Under the pieces are notes generated by a model. The model was not told the DNA's origin. It saw nothing but the letters and a program-made list of their open reading frames with translations, and did no database searches. 64,000 bases of DNA from an uncultured Actinomycetes bacterium (GTDB taxonomy: Bacteria > Actinomycetota > Thermoleophilia > Solirubrobacterales > Solirubrobacteraceae): assembly GCA_963806015.1 (NCBI GenBank), contig CAWDWM010000008.1:57337-121336 (forward strand), written 5' to 3'. Positions 1 to 8,504 of this stretch are shown piece after piece (the stretch's first letter is position 1; every line of letters begins with the position of its first letter). The position numbers were made by a program, and so were the translations under genes.

Positions 1-563
1 TGCGCGGGGGCGGTCTTCACGGTGGCGGTACCGACGCGCAGGCCGCGCTTGAAGGCCCTCACGCCGAAGGCGCCGTTGAGCGCGGCCGCGCCCTTGGCGC
101 TCAGCTTGACGGCCACGCCGCTGACGTTGGTGGCTAGCCCGGCGCGGCTGATCTTCGCCGCGCCGAGCGACAGCGTGAACGCGTGCAGCCGCGCCTTGCC
201 GGCCTTGACCGAGATGGTCGGCGTCCGGTCGACGCCGATGGTGAAGCTCGTCAGCCGCACCTTCGTCCTGCCAGCTCGCAGCTGCAGGCCGCCGCTGTGC
301 GTGATGGTCCCCGCCGCGGTGGCGGGGTTGATGGTGCCGCCCGTGATCGGGAAGGACACGCCCTTGGCGCCGGCCTTGGCCGGGGCGATGGGAGTGACCG
401 AGACGCCGAGGCCCTTCAGGGCCTTGGCCGTCCCGGGGTCGAGCTTCAGGGTGGTCGAGCCGCCGGAGAGCTTGACGGTGGCGGCGCCGGCCGGCGCGGC
501 GACGGCGAGCGCCACGAGGGCGCCGGCGGCCGCGACGCGGAGCGTGCGGGTGAGAGTGGACAT
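1..563 (-). CDS. secreted hypothetical protein, N-terminal part (gene runs off the left window edge)
   Basis: Absent from the ORF track because it is open at the edge. Reverse complement from ATG (cat at 561-563) reads MSTLTRTLRVAAAGALVALAVAAPAGA/ATVKLSGGSTTLKLDPGTAKALKGLGV..., a Sec signal peptide with an AxA site and GC3-rich codons. The listed + ORF 22..633 is its Arg/Pro/Ala-rich shadow. Confidence 0.6.
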   Translation of the reverse strand, partial: MSTLTRTLRVAAAGALVALAVAAPAGAATVKLSGGSTTLKLDPGTAKALKGLGVSVTPIAPAKAGAKGVSFPITGGTINPATAAGTITHSGGLQLRAGRTKVRLTSFTIGVDRTPTISVKAGKARLHAFTLSLGAAKISRAGLATNVSGVAVKLSAKGAAALNGAFGVRAFKRGLRVGTATVKTAPA

Positions 564-639
564 GCCCTGTACTCCGAGCGCCGGCCCGCTCCCGGTTGAG
601 CTGCATTGCGCCACAACCGATCGGCGTCCGTAGCCGTAG

Positions 640-1260
640 GTGATGGAGGAGATGCCAGTCGACGCACTGCCGCTGCGCACGTCCGCGGCCGCCGCTCCGG
701 CGACCGCCGAGCGCAGCGGGCGCCGCCGGCCCGATCGCTCCGAGCGCCGACTGGCCGCGCGGCTGCGCACCGGCGATCCCGACGCGCTGGCCGAAGCCTA
801 CCGGACCTATGGGGCCGCGACCTTCGGCTTCCTCCTGCGGCTGCTCGGCGATCGCGCGGCGGCCGAGGACGTCCAGCAGCAGGTCTTCACCGAGGTCTGG
901 CGTCGGGCGGGCGACTACGACCCGCGGCGCGCCGGCCTGCTCACATGGGTGCTGACCATCGCGCGCAGCCGCGCGATCGATCACCTGCGCCGGCGCGTCC
1001 CCGAGCCCCGCGACCCGCAACTGCCCGACCCCCGCACGGTGCCCGCCGACGCCGACGCGCTGCTCGAGCGCTGGCGCGTCGCGCACCTGCTCGGCCGGCT
1101 GCCTGAGAACGAGCGCGCGCTGCTGCGCCTGCGCTTCTACGACGAGCTCAGCCAGAGCGAGATCAGCGCCGCGACCGACATCCCCATCGGGACGGTCAAG
1201 GCGCGCATGGTGCGCGGGCTCACCCGCCTGCGCGAGATGATCGAGGCCGAGGGCGCATGA
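640..1260 (+). CDS. ECF-type RNA polymerase sigma-70 family factor
   Basis: Region 2 (VFTEVWRRAGDYD, LLTWVLTIARSRAIDHLRRR) and region 4 HTH (LSQSEISAATDIPIGTVKARMVRGL) signatures. The stop overlaps the start of the anti-sigma gene (ATGA). Start could be GTG 640, ATG 643 or ATG 652. Confidence 0.9.
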   Translation: MMEEMPVDALPLRTSAAAAPATAERSGRRRPDRSERRLAARLRTGDPDALAEAYRTYGAATFGFLLRLLGDRAAAEDVQQQVFTEVWRRAGDYDPRRAGLLTWVLTIARSRAIDHLRRRVPEPRDPQLPDPRTVPADADALLERWRVAHLLGRLPENERALLRLRFYDELSQSEISAATDIPIGTVKARMVRGLTRLREMIEAEGA

Positions 1261-1844
1261 GCGAGCGCGACGACATCCCCGCCGACTTGGACGACGTCGC
1301 CGCGCGCGTCCGGGCGCTCGGGCGCGAGGAGTGGGACCTCGCCGAGCCGCCTGCGCTGAGCGTCGCCGTGCCCGCGCGCGAGCATCGCCGCCGGCGCTGG
1401 GGCGCGCCGCTGATGATCCGCCCCGCGATCGCCGCCGCCATGGCCATCGCGCTCGTCGTCCTCGGCGCGGCGGGCGCCGCGCTGCTGACCGGGGGAGGCG
1501 ACGGCGCCGGCGCGGGGCGCGAGGTCGCGCTCGCGCCGGTGGGCGACGGCCCCCGCGGCGCGCACGCCGACGCCCGGCTGGCGAGCGCCACCATGCACCT
1601 GACGGTCAGCGGCCTGCCGCGCGTCGGCGGCGGCGGCTTCTACGAGGTGTGGATGCTGCGCGACCCCGCGCACCTGGTGGCACTCGGGAGCTTTCGTGTC
1701 GGCGCCGACGGGCGCGCGCGCGTCGACCTGCCGGTCACGGCGAGCGCCCGGCGCTTCCCCGTGCTCGACATCTCGCGCGAGCCGGCCGACGGCGACCCGG
1801 GGCACTCCGGGCACTCCGTGCTGCGCTCGCGGCCGATCATCTAG
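1257..1844 (+). CDS. anti-sigma factor, RskA-like
   Basis: ATGA-coupled to the sigma gene. It has a short N-terminal cytoplasmic part, one TM helix (IRPAIAAAMAIALVVLGAAGAALL) and an extracytoplasmic C-terminal domain resembling anti-sigma-K RskA (FYEVWMLRDPAHLVALGSFRV...DISREPADGD). Confidence 0.8.
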   Translation: MSERDDIPADLDDVAARVRALGREEWDLAEPPALSVAVPAREHRRRRWGAPLMIRPAIAAAMAIALVVLGAAGAALLTGGGDGAGAGREVALAPVGDGPRGAHADARLASATMHLTVSGLPRVGGGGFYEVWMLRDPAHLVALGSFRVGADGRARVDLPVTASARRFPVLDISREPADGDPGHSGHSVLRSRPII

Positions 1845-1855
1845 GGTCCGCCCCG

Positions 1856-2911
1856 ATGTCGATCCCTCCCGTTCTGCGCGCGCTGCTCACCGCCCACGGC
1901 CCGTCCGGCTACGAGACGGCTCCGGCCGCCGTCTTCCGCGACGCCGCCTCGGCCCACGCCGAGGTCACGACCGACGTGATGGGCTCGGTGTGGGCCCGCG
2001 TGCCGGGAACGGCGGACGGGCCCACGCTGGCGGTCGTCGGCCACATCGACGAGATCGGCCTGATCGTCACCCACATCGACGACGACGGCTTCCTGCGCTT
2101 CACGGGCGTGGGCGGCTGGGACCCCCAGGTCCTCGTCGGCCAGCGGATCAGCGTGGCCACGCGCGAGGGCGCGATCCTCGGGGTCGTGGGGCGCAAGCCG
2201 ATCCACCTGCTCAAGGACGACGATCGCAAGAAGGTGGCGCGGCTGGACGAGCTGCACATCGACATCGGCGCCAGGCACGGCGACGAGGCGCGCGCGATCG
2301 TGCGCATCGGCGACGTCGCGGTCATCGAGAGTGAGCCCGTGGAGCTTCCCAACGACCGCGCGGTCGCGCGCTCGATGGACAACCGCCTGGGGTGCTTCGT
2401 GGCCTACGAGGTGGCGCGGCTGGTGCACGCGGCCGGCGGCGCGCCCGGCGACGTGGTCGCCGTCGCCGCCGTCCAGGAGGAGACGAGCTTCGGCGGCTCG
2501 ACGACGACGGCCTACGGGCTGCGCCCCGACCTGGCCATCGTGGTCGACGTCACCCACGCCACCGACGCGCCCGGCGTCGAGGTCAACGAGCTGGGGGCGC
2601 ACCCGTTCGGCTCGGGCCCGGTGATCGAGCGCGGCTCGAACCTCAACCCGCGCGTGGTCGAGCTGCTCTATGACACCGCCGAGGCCGAGGCGATCCCCTT
2701 CACCGTCCAGGCCTCCGCCCGCCACACCGGCACCGACGTGGACGCCATGCACGTCTCGCGCGCGGGGATACCGTGCGGAGGCATCGGCCTGCCGCTGCGC
2801 TACATGCACTCGCCGGTGGAGATGGTGCAGCTCGACGACGTCGCCAACGCGGCCAAGCTCATCGCCGCGGCCGCGCAGCGCCTGACCGCGGAGACGAGCT
2901 TCGCGCGGTGA
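1856..2911 (+). CDS. M42 family metallopeptidase (glutamyl aminopeptidase / FrvX-like)
   Basis: Starts at the in-frame ATG 1856 of ORF 1331..2911; the upstream part is an Arg-rich shadow over the anti-sigma gene. Motifs VVGHIDEIGLIV, SMDNRLGCF, AVQEETSFGG and MHSPVEMV are typical of M42 peptidases. Confidence 0.85.
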   Translation: MSIPPVLRALLTAHGPSGYETAPAAVFRDAASAHAEVTTDVMGSVWARVPGTADGPTLAVVGHIDEIGLIVTHIDDDGFLRFTGVGGWDPQVLVGQRISVATREGAILGVVGRKPIHLLKDDDRKKVARLDELHIDIGARHGDEARAIVRIGDVAVIESEPVELPNDRAVARSMDNRLGCFVAYEVARLVHAAGGAPGDVVAVAAVQEETSFGGSTTTAYGLRPDLAIVVDVTHATDAPGVEVNELGAHPFGSGPVIERGSNLNPRVVELLYDTAEAEAIPFTVQASARHTGTDVDAMHVSRAGIPCGGIGLPLRYMHSPVEMVQLDDVANAAKLIAAAAQRLTAETSFAR

Positions 2912-4035
2912 CGGCCCGCGCCGTCGCGCTCGCCGCCGTCGCGCTGGCGCTCGCCGCCTGCGGCGCCAAGCGCGAGCCCGCCGGCCCGCGGACCAGCGGT
3001 GCGGATGCGCACTCGACGGGCAGCCCGGCGGCGCGCGCGAACGCCGCGCTGACCGATGCCCAGCTCGCGGGCCAGCACGTCGTCTTTCCCTTCGCCGGGC
3101 GCACCCCGCCGCGCGCCCTGCTCGCGCGCATCCGCCGCGGCGAGGCCGCCGGGGTCATCTTCCTGGGCGCCAACCTCGGCACCCCCGGGCAGGTGCGCGC
3201 GCTCACGCGCGCGCTGCGGCGCGTCCCGCAGCCGCCCGCCGTCCGGGCGCCGCTGCTGCTGATGGTCGACCAGGAGGGCGGCAGCGTGCAGCGCCTGCCC
3301 GGCGCGCCGTCGCGCAGCGCCCCGGCGATGGCGGCGACGGGCCGTCCCGCGGTGGCACAGGCGGAAGGCCGCGCCACCGCGGCGACGCTCCGCGCGGCGG
3401 GCATGAACGTCGATCTAGCGCCGGTCGTCGACGTCGTGCGACCCGAGAGCGCGCTGCACGCCGAGGGCCGCGGCTTCGGGTTCGCCGCGACGAGCGCCGC
3501 GCGCTTCGGCGCCGCCTTCACCCGCGGCCTGCGCGCGGGCGGCGTGGCCGCCACGGCCAAGCACTTCCCGGGCTTCGGCGCGGCGCCGCGCAACACCGAT
3601 CTGGGCGCGGTGCGCATCGGCGTCGGGCTGCGCGAGCTGCGCGCGGTCGACCGCCCGCCGTTCGCGGCCGCCGTCCGCGCCGGTGCCGGCCTGGTCATGC
3701 TCTCCAGCGCGATCTACCCGGCGCTGTCGCCGGCGCCCGCGGTGCTCTCCCCGCGCGTGGTGCAGCGCGAGCTGCGCGACGGCCTGGGCTTTCGCGGCGT
3801 GACGATCTCCGACGACCTCGAGGCGCCCGCCTTCGCCCCGCGCGGCGGCGCGGCCGGCGCCGCGCTGGGCGCCACGCGCGCGGGGGTCGACCTGCTGCTG
3901 TTCGCGCGCACCTACGAGGGTGCCGACCGCGCGGCGCGGGCGCTGACCGACGCGCTGCGCTCCGGGCGCGTGGACCGCCGCGCGCTCCAGCAGTCCATGG
4001 CGCGCGTGCTCGCCCTGCGCGGCGCGTTGCGCTAG
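2908..4035 (+). CDS. glycoside hydrolase family 3 N-terminal-domain lipoprotein (NagZ-like beta-N-acetylhexosaminidase)
   Basis: GTG 2908 overlaps the upstream stop (GTGA). Lipobox LALAAC. GH3 motifs LLLMVDQEGGSVQRL and KHFPGFG are present. Confidence 0.8.
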   Translation: MTARAVALAAVALALAACGAKREPAGPRTSGADAHSTGSPAARANAALTDAQLAGQHVVFPFAGRTPPRALLARIRRGEAAGVIFLGANLGTPGQVRALTRALRRVPQPPAVRAPLLLMVDQEGGSVQRLPGAPSRSAPAMAATGRPAVAQAEGRATAATLRAAGMNVDLAPVVDVVRPESALHAEGRGFGFAATSAARFGAAFTRGLRAGGVAATAKHFPGFGAAPRNTDLGAVRIGVGLRELRAVDRPPFAAAVRAGAGLVMLSSAIYPALSPAPAVLSPRVVQRELRDGLGFRGVTISDDLEAPAFAPRGGAAGAALGATRAGVDLLLFARTYEGADRAARALTDALRSGRVDRRALQQSMARVLALRGALR

Positions 4036-4037
4036 CG

Positions 4038-4068
4038 GTCGCAACTGCGACTGCATCGCAGTTGCATG
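4038..4068. promoter_or_regulatory. palindromic operator-like site upstream of the DUF4331 operon
   Basis: Perfect 10-nt inverted repeat GCAACTGCGA (4041-4050) / TCGCAGTTGC (4056-4065) with a 5-nt spacer, about 110 nt upstream of ATG 4178. 20 of 27 aligned positions, with identical spacing, match the site at 8444-8470. Confidence 0.5.
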
Positions 4069-4177
4069 GCGCTCGCAGAAAGCGGCGGTTTGCAGGGAGA
4101 TTTATGTGATCCGTCGTTGCCTGCGCTGCGTCAAAGGGGGTTGTGATGACCCCAACCTCCCAAGGAGGAGCAGCTTC

Positions 4178-5674
4178 ATGCGAAAGCTCGCGATCCTGAC
4201 GGTGGCGCTGCTCGCGGCGCTTTCGGCAGGCGTACTCGCGGTTACTGCCGGCTCGGGTTCGAGCCACCGCGAAGCACCACTGTCAGCCCTCGACCCCACC
4301 GGCGACGACACCGACGTCTACGCCTTCGTGGCCCCCGACGCTCCAGGGTCCGTGACGCTGATCGGCAACTGGATCCCGTTCGAGGATCCGGCCGGCGGCC
4401 CGAACTTCTACCGCTTCGACGATCGGGCGTCGTACTACCTCAACGTCGACAACACCGGCGACGGCAAGTACGACATCCGCTACCGGTTCAAGTTCAAGAC
4501 CAAGGTCCGCAACCCCAACTCGTTCCTCTACGCGTTGCCGGGCGTCAGCTCGGTCAACGACCCCAAGCTCAACCTCGTGCAGACGTATTCGGTCTGGCGC
4601 GAGCGCTACGAGCGCGGCCATCAGGTGAGCAACAAGTTGGTGGCGAAGGGCCTGCCCACGGCGCCGAACAACGTCGGGCCCAAGACGTTCCCCAACTACG
4701 ACGCGGTCGCCAACCAGGCGATCAAGGGCCTGCCGGGTGGAGGCAAGGTCTTCGCCGGCCAGGTCGACGACCCCTTCTTCGTCGACCTCGGCTCGACCTT
4801 CGATGCCATCAACATCGACATGCCGGGCCGCATGGGCATCGGCACGGGCAACCAGGGCGGCGGCAAGGACGACCTCGCCGGCTACAACGTCCACACGATC
4901 GCCCTGCAGGTGCCGAAGTCCGATGTCACGCGCGACCACAAGACGCCGGCTGATGCCAAGGCCTCCGACGCCGTCGTCGGCGTGTGGGCCTCGACATACC
5001 GCCCGGTGCTGCAGGTCACCCGCCAGAGCCCGGTGGCCAGCGGGGCCACCTCCAGCGCGTCCCAGCGTGGGCAGCGGGTCTCCGACAACCACGGCGAGGG
5101 CCAGGTCAGCCGCCTCGGCAACCCGCTGGTCAACGAGGTGGTCATCCCGCTGGGTCAGAAGGACAAGTTCAACGCGACCCAGCCGTCCGACGACCTGAAG
5201 AACTTCGGCAAGTACGTGCTCTCGCCGGAGCTCGCGAAGGTCATCAACATCCTGTTCCCGGGTCTCAACGTCCCCGAGAACAACCGCACGGACATCGTGC
5301 AGGCGCTGCTCACGGGCATCCCGGGCCTGACCCAGATCGCCCCGGGCGCGCCCCCGACCGACACGCTGAAGATCAACCTCGGCGTGGTACCGAATCCGCA
5401 CCCGAGCCGCTTCGGCGTGCTCGGGGGTGACACCCAGGGCTTCCCGAACGGGCGGCGCCTGACCGACGACGTGGTCGACATCTCAGAGCGCGTCGTGGGC
5501 GGCTTCCTCAAGGGCAACAAGCTGCCCCTGGGCGATGGCGTGGACCAGAACGACAAGGCGTTCCGGACCTCGTTCCCCTACCTCGCCGCGCCGTTCGGCG
5601 GCTTTGACTCGCAGCTCAAGCGGACCGAGCCGGCGCACGCGCCGGTCCCGGGCGATCCCACCGGGTCCCGCTAG
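4178..5674 (+). CDS. DUF4331 domain-containing secreted protein
   Basis: ATG 4178 is preceded by AAGGAGGA (4162-4169). A signal peptide is followed by the family signature SSHREAPLSALDPTGDDTDVYAFVAPD...GGPNFYRFDD...YYLNVDNTGDGKYDIRYRFKF. Confidence 0.9.
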   Translation: MRKLAILTVALLAALSAGVLAVTAGSGSSHREAPLSALDPTGDDTDVYAFVAPDAPGSVTLIGNWIPFEDPAGGPNFYRFDDRASYYLNVDNTGDGKYDIRYRFKFKTKVRNPNSFLYALPGVSSVNDPKLNLVQTYSVWRERYERGHQVSNKLVAKGLPTAPNNVGPKTFPNYDAVANQAIKGLPGGGKVFAGQVDDPFFVDLGSTFDAINIDMPGRMGIGTGNQGGGKDDLAGYNVHTIALQVPKSDVTRDHKTPADAKASDAVVGVWASTYRPVLQVTRQSPVASGATSSASQRGQRVSDNHGEGQVSRLGNPLVNEVVIPLGQKDKFNATQPSDDLKNFGKYVLSPELAKVINILFPGLNVPENNRTDIVQALLTGIPGLTQIAPGAPPTDTLKINLGVVPNPHPSRFGVLGGDTQGFPNGRRLTDDVVDISERVVGGFLKGNKLPLGDGVDQNDKAFRTSFPYLAAPFGGFDSQLKRTEPAHAPVPGDPTGSR

Positions 5675-5764
5675 CACCCAATGCGACGGGCGGGCGGGGC
5701 ATCGCTGCCTCGCCCGCTCCGCGCTCTGCCGCAGCCAGCACCACTCCACCCGAGGCCACCACCC

Positions 5765-7045
5765 ATGCGCCGCATCCTCATCAGCTTCGTCGCGACCTTC
5801 GCCGTCGCGCTTGCAGTCTTCGTCCTCGCCGCGCGCGGCGGCTCGCCGCCCGCCGCCTCCGAGGCATCCGCCGCGCTGCCGCCCGCGCCGGCGCCCGATG
5901 CGTCCACGGATCAGCGCATCGGCGTCCTGCAGGCCACCGTCCGCGCCGCGCCCAAGCGCGGCGACGGCTGGACACTGCTCGCCGCCGCGTACCTGCAGAA
6001 GGTGCGCGAGACCGGCGACGCGGGCTTCTACACGCGCGCCCAGGGCGCCGTCGACCGGGCGCTCTCGCTGCGCCCCGCCGACCCCGGCGCGCTCACCGAG
6101 CGCAGCGCGCTCGAGCTCTCGCGCCACGACTTCCGGGCCGGCCTGCGCGACGCGCTGCGCGCTCGCGCGCTGGCGCCGACCGTGAACGCGCCGTTCGGCG
6201 CCGTCGTCGACGCGCTCGTCGAGCTCGGGCGCTACCCGCAGGCCGGCAGGGCGCTGCAGGAGATGGTCGATCGCAAGCCCAACCTGGCCGCCTACGCGCG
6301 CGTGTCCTACTTCCGCGAGCTGCACGGCGACCTCGCCGGCGCGCTGGCCGCCATGCGCGCGGCGGTGTCGGCCGGCGGCGCGGCGCCCGAGCAGGACGCC
6401 TTCGTGCGCTCGCTGCTCGGCGGCCTCGAGCTCCAGCACGGCCGCATCGACGCCGCGGTGCGCGAGTACCGCGGTGCCCTGGAGGCGATGCCGCGCTACG
6501 CGGCGGCCGAGGCCGGGCTGGCCCAGGCCGATGTCGCGCGCGGGCGGCTCGTCCCGGCCATCGCGCGCCTGCGGCGCGTCGTGGAACGCCTCCCGCTCGC
6601 GAGCTACGTCATCGCGCTGGGCGAGGCGCAGGCGGCCGCCGGACAGCACACGGCCGCGGCGCGGACGTTCGCCCTCGTGCGGGTGGAGACGATGCTCCAG
6701 CAGCGCGCCGGCGTCAACGCGGACGTCGAGCTGGCCCTCTTCGAGGCCGACCACGGCAGCCCGCAGCGTGCCGTGGCGCTCGGCCGCAGAGCCTGGGCGG
6801 CGGCTCCGAGCGTTCGCTCGGCCGACGCCCTCGGGTGGGCCCTGCACAGCGCAGGGCAATCGCGCGCCGCGCTCGGGTGGGCGCGGCGCGCGCTGGCCCT
6901 CGGCTCGCGGGACCCCGCCTTCCTGACCCATGCCGGACTGATCGCGCGCAGCGCGGGCGAGCCCGCCGTGGCGGCCCGCTGGCTGGCGCGGGCACGGACG
7001 GGCCGCGCGGCGCTGGGCGCCGGCCTGCGGGAGGCGCTGCGATGA
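5765..7045 (+). CDS. membrane-anchored tetratricopeptide-repeat protein
   Basis: Starts at the in-frame ATG 5765 (MRRILISFVATFAVALAVFVLAA, signal anchor). The rest is Ala/Leu/Arg-rich helical repeats of TPR type. The stop overlaps the next start (ATGA 7042-7045). Confidence 0.7.
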   Translation: MRRILISFVATFAVALAVFVLAARGGSPPAASEASAALPPAPAPDASTDQRIGVLQATVRAAPKRGDGWTLLAAAYLQKVRETGDAGFYTRAQGAVDRALSLRPADPGALTERSALELSRHDFRAGLRDALRARALAPTVNAPFGAVVDALVELGRYPQAGRALQEMVDRKPNLAAYARVSYFRELHGDLAGALAAMRAAVSAGGAAPEQDAFVRSLLGGLELQHGRIDAAVREYRGALEAMPRYAAAEAGLAQADVARGRLVPAIARLRRVVERLPLASYVIALGEAQAAAGQHTAAARTFALVRVETMLQQRAGVNADVELALFEADHGSPQRAVALGRRAWAAAPSVRSADALGWALHSAGQSRAALGWARRALALGSRDPAFLTHAGLIARSAGEPAVAARWLARARTGRAALGAGLREALR

Positions 7046-8436
7046 GGCGCCTGCTGCTGGTCTGCGTCGTGGCCCTGCTCGCGCTGGCCGCGCCCGCCGG
7101 CGCGCATCCGCTGGGCAACTTCTCGGTCAACCATCTCGCCGTGGTGCGGGTGTCCAGCGATCACGTCGACGTGCGCTACGTGCTCGACCAGGCCGAGATC
7201 CCGACCTTCCAGGAGCGCGGGCTGACGCCCGCGCGCGTGCTCGCGCGCAAGCGCGCCGACGTGGCGCGCGGCGTGACCCTGACGGTCGGGGGCCGGCCCG
7301 TCGCCCTGACCCTGCGTCCGGGCGGGCGCATCACGTTCCCCCGGGGCGCCGGGGGGCTGCACACCACCCGCGTGGAGGTGCTGCTGCGTGCGCAGGTGGC
7401 GCCCCGGGGGGCGGTCGTGGTGCGTGACGCCACGTTCGCCGGCCGCGCCGGCTGGCGCGCCGTGCTCGCCCAGCCCGGGCGCGGCACCGCCGTGCGCAGC
7501 GACGTGACGAGCGCGGACCCGACCCGCCGCCTGCACGTCTATCCGACGGCGCTGCTCGCGAGCCCCGCCGATCGCACCGTCGCCCATCTGCGCGTGAGTC
7601 CCGGGAGCGGGACGGTCACCGCGCCGCGCGGGGACGGCACGCAGGCGACGACGACCGACCGCGGGGCGGGCGACGGCTTCGGCTCGGTCTTCGAGCGCGC
7701 GGCCCAGGGGCAGGGCGTCCTGCTGCTGCTCCTGCTCGCCGCCTTCGGTTGGGGCGCGGTGCACGCGCTGTCGCCCGGGCACGGCAAGGCGATGGTGGCC
7801 GCCTATCTGGTCGGCGCGCGCGGCACGGCGCGCCATGCCGTGGCCCTCGGGGCGACGGTGACGATCACCCACACGATCGGTGTGTTCGCGCTCGGGGCGG
7901 TGGCGCTCGCGCTCTCGGCCTACGTGCTGCCCGAGCAGCTCTATCCGTGGCTGAACCTCGTATCGGGGCTGCTCGTGCTCGGCGTCGGGGCCTCGGTGGT
8001 GCGGGGGCGCGTGCGGCGCGCGCGGACGCCGGCCCATGAGCATCATCACGACCACGACCACGACCACGAGCACGGCCATGACCATGGGCACGGCCACCAC
8101 CATCACGACCACGCCGACCTGCGTCCGCGCGCGCTGCTGGCGATGGGAGCGTCGGCGGGGCTCATCCCCTGTCCTTCGGCGCTCGTCGTGCTCCTGGGCG
8201 CGGTGGCCCAGCACCAGATCGGGCTGGGCATGGTCCTCATCGTGGCGTTCTCCGCCGGGCTCGCCGCGACGCTCACCGGACTGGGCCTGCTGGTGGTGGC
8301 GGCCGGGCGGGTGTCCACGCGCCTGAGCGGCGCGCGGACGGGCCGCGTGCTCGCCGTGCTGCCCGCCCTGAGCGCGATCGCCATCGTCGGCGTCGGCCTC
8401 GCCCTGACCGCTCAGGCGGTGCCGAAGGTGCTCTGA
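7042..8436 (+). CDS. NicO/RcnA-like nickel/cobalt transporter with N-terminal extracytoplasmic domain and His-rich loop
   Basis: Signal peptide ...LAAPAGA/HPLGNFSVNHL, then a soluble domain of roughly 200 aa. The permease part carries HALSPGHGKAMVAAYLVG, plus the loop HEHHHDHDHDHEHGHDHGHGHHHHDH between TM helices, as in RcnA-type exporters. Confidence 0.8.
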   Translation: MRRLLLVCVVALLALAAPAGAHPLGNFSVNHLAVVRVSSDHVDVRYVLDQAEIPTFQERGLTPARVLARKRADVARGVTLTVGGRPVALTLRPGGRITFPRGAGGLHTTRVEVLLRAQVAPRGAVVVRDATFAGRAGWRAVLAQPGRGTAVRSDVTSADPTRRLHVYPTALLASPADRTVAHLRVSPGSGTVTAPRGDGTQATTTDRGAGDGFGSVFERAAQGQGVLLLLLLAAFGWGAVHALSPGHGKAMVAAYLVGARGTARHAVALGATVTITHTIGVFALGAVALALSAYVLPEQLYPWLNLVSGLLVLGVGASVVRGRVRRARTPAHEHHHDHDHDHEHGHDHGHGHHHHDHADLRPRALLAMGASAGLIPCPSALVVLLGAVAQHQIGLGMVLIVAFSAGLAATLTGLGLLVVAAGRVSTRLSGARTGRVLAVLPALSAIAIVGVGLALTAQAVPKVL

Positions 8437-8441
8437 ATTAC

Positions 8442-8471
8442 GTCCAACTGCGACTCGGTTGCAGTTGCGAC
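8442..8471. promoter_or_regulatory. second copy of the operator-like palindrome, upstream of Fur-family gene 1
   Basis: GTCCAACTGC-GACTCGGTT-GCAGTTGCGAC. Arms CAACTGC/GCAGTTG are separated by 9 nt. The site lies 8 nt after the transporter stop and about 35 nt before GTG 8505. The right arm is the exact reverse complement of the left arm of the 4038 site (GTCGCAACTGC). Confidence 0.5.
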
Positions 8472-8504
8472 AGGCCCGCGCTACGGTCGCCGGCGGGCCG
8501 CATC

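Noticed and set aside
22-633. 203-aa + strand ORF at the left edge
   Set aside because: Its composition is Ala/Pro/Arg-rich with no motifs. The opposite strand encodes a convincing signal-peptide protein starting at 563, so the + ORF is an antisense shadow.
590-640. ECF-type autoregulatory promoter (CAACC-N16/17-CGTA) just upstream of the sigma factor gene
   Set aside because: The AAC...CGT spacing fits the generic ECF pattern. However, the match is short, the -10 element would lie only about 4 nt from the start codon, and such matches arise by chance in GC-rich DNA. Sequence alone does not support it.
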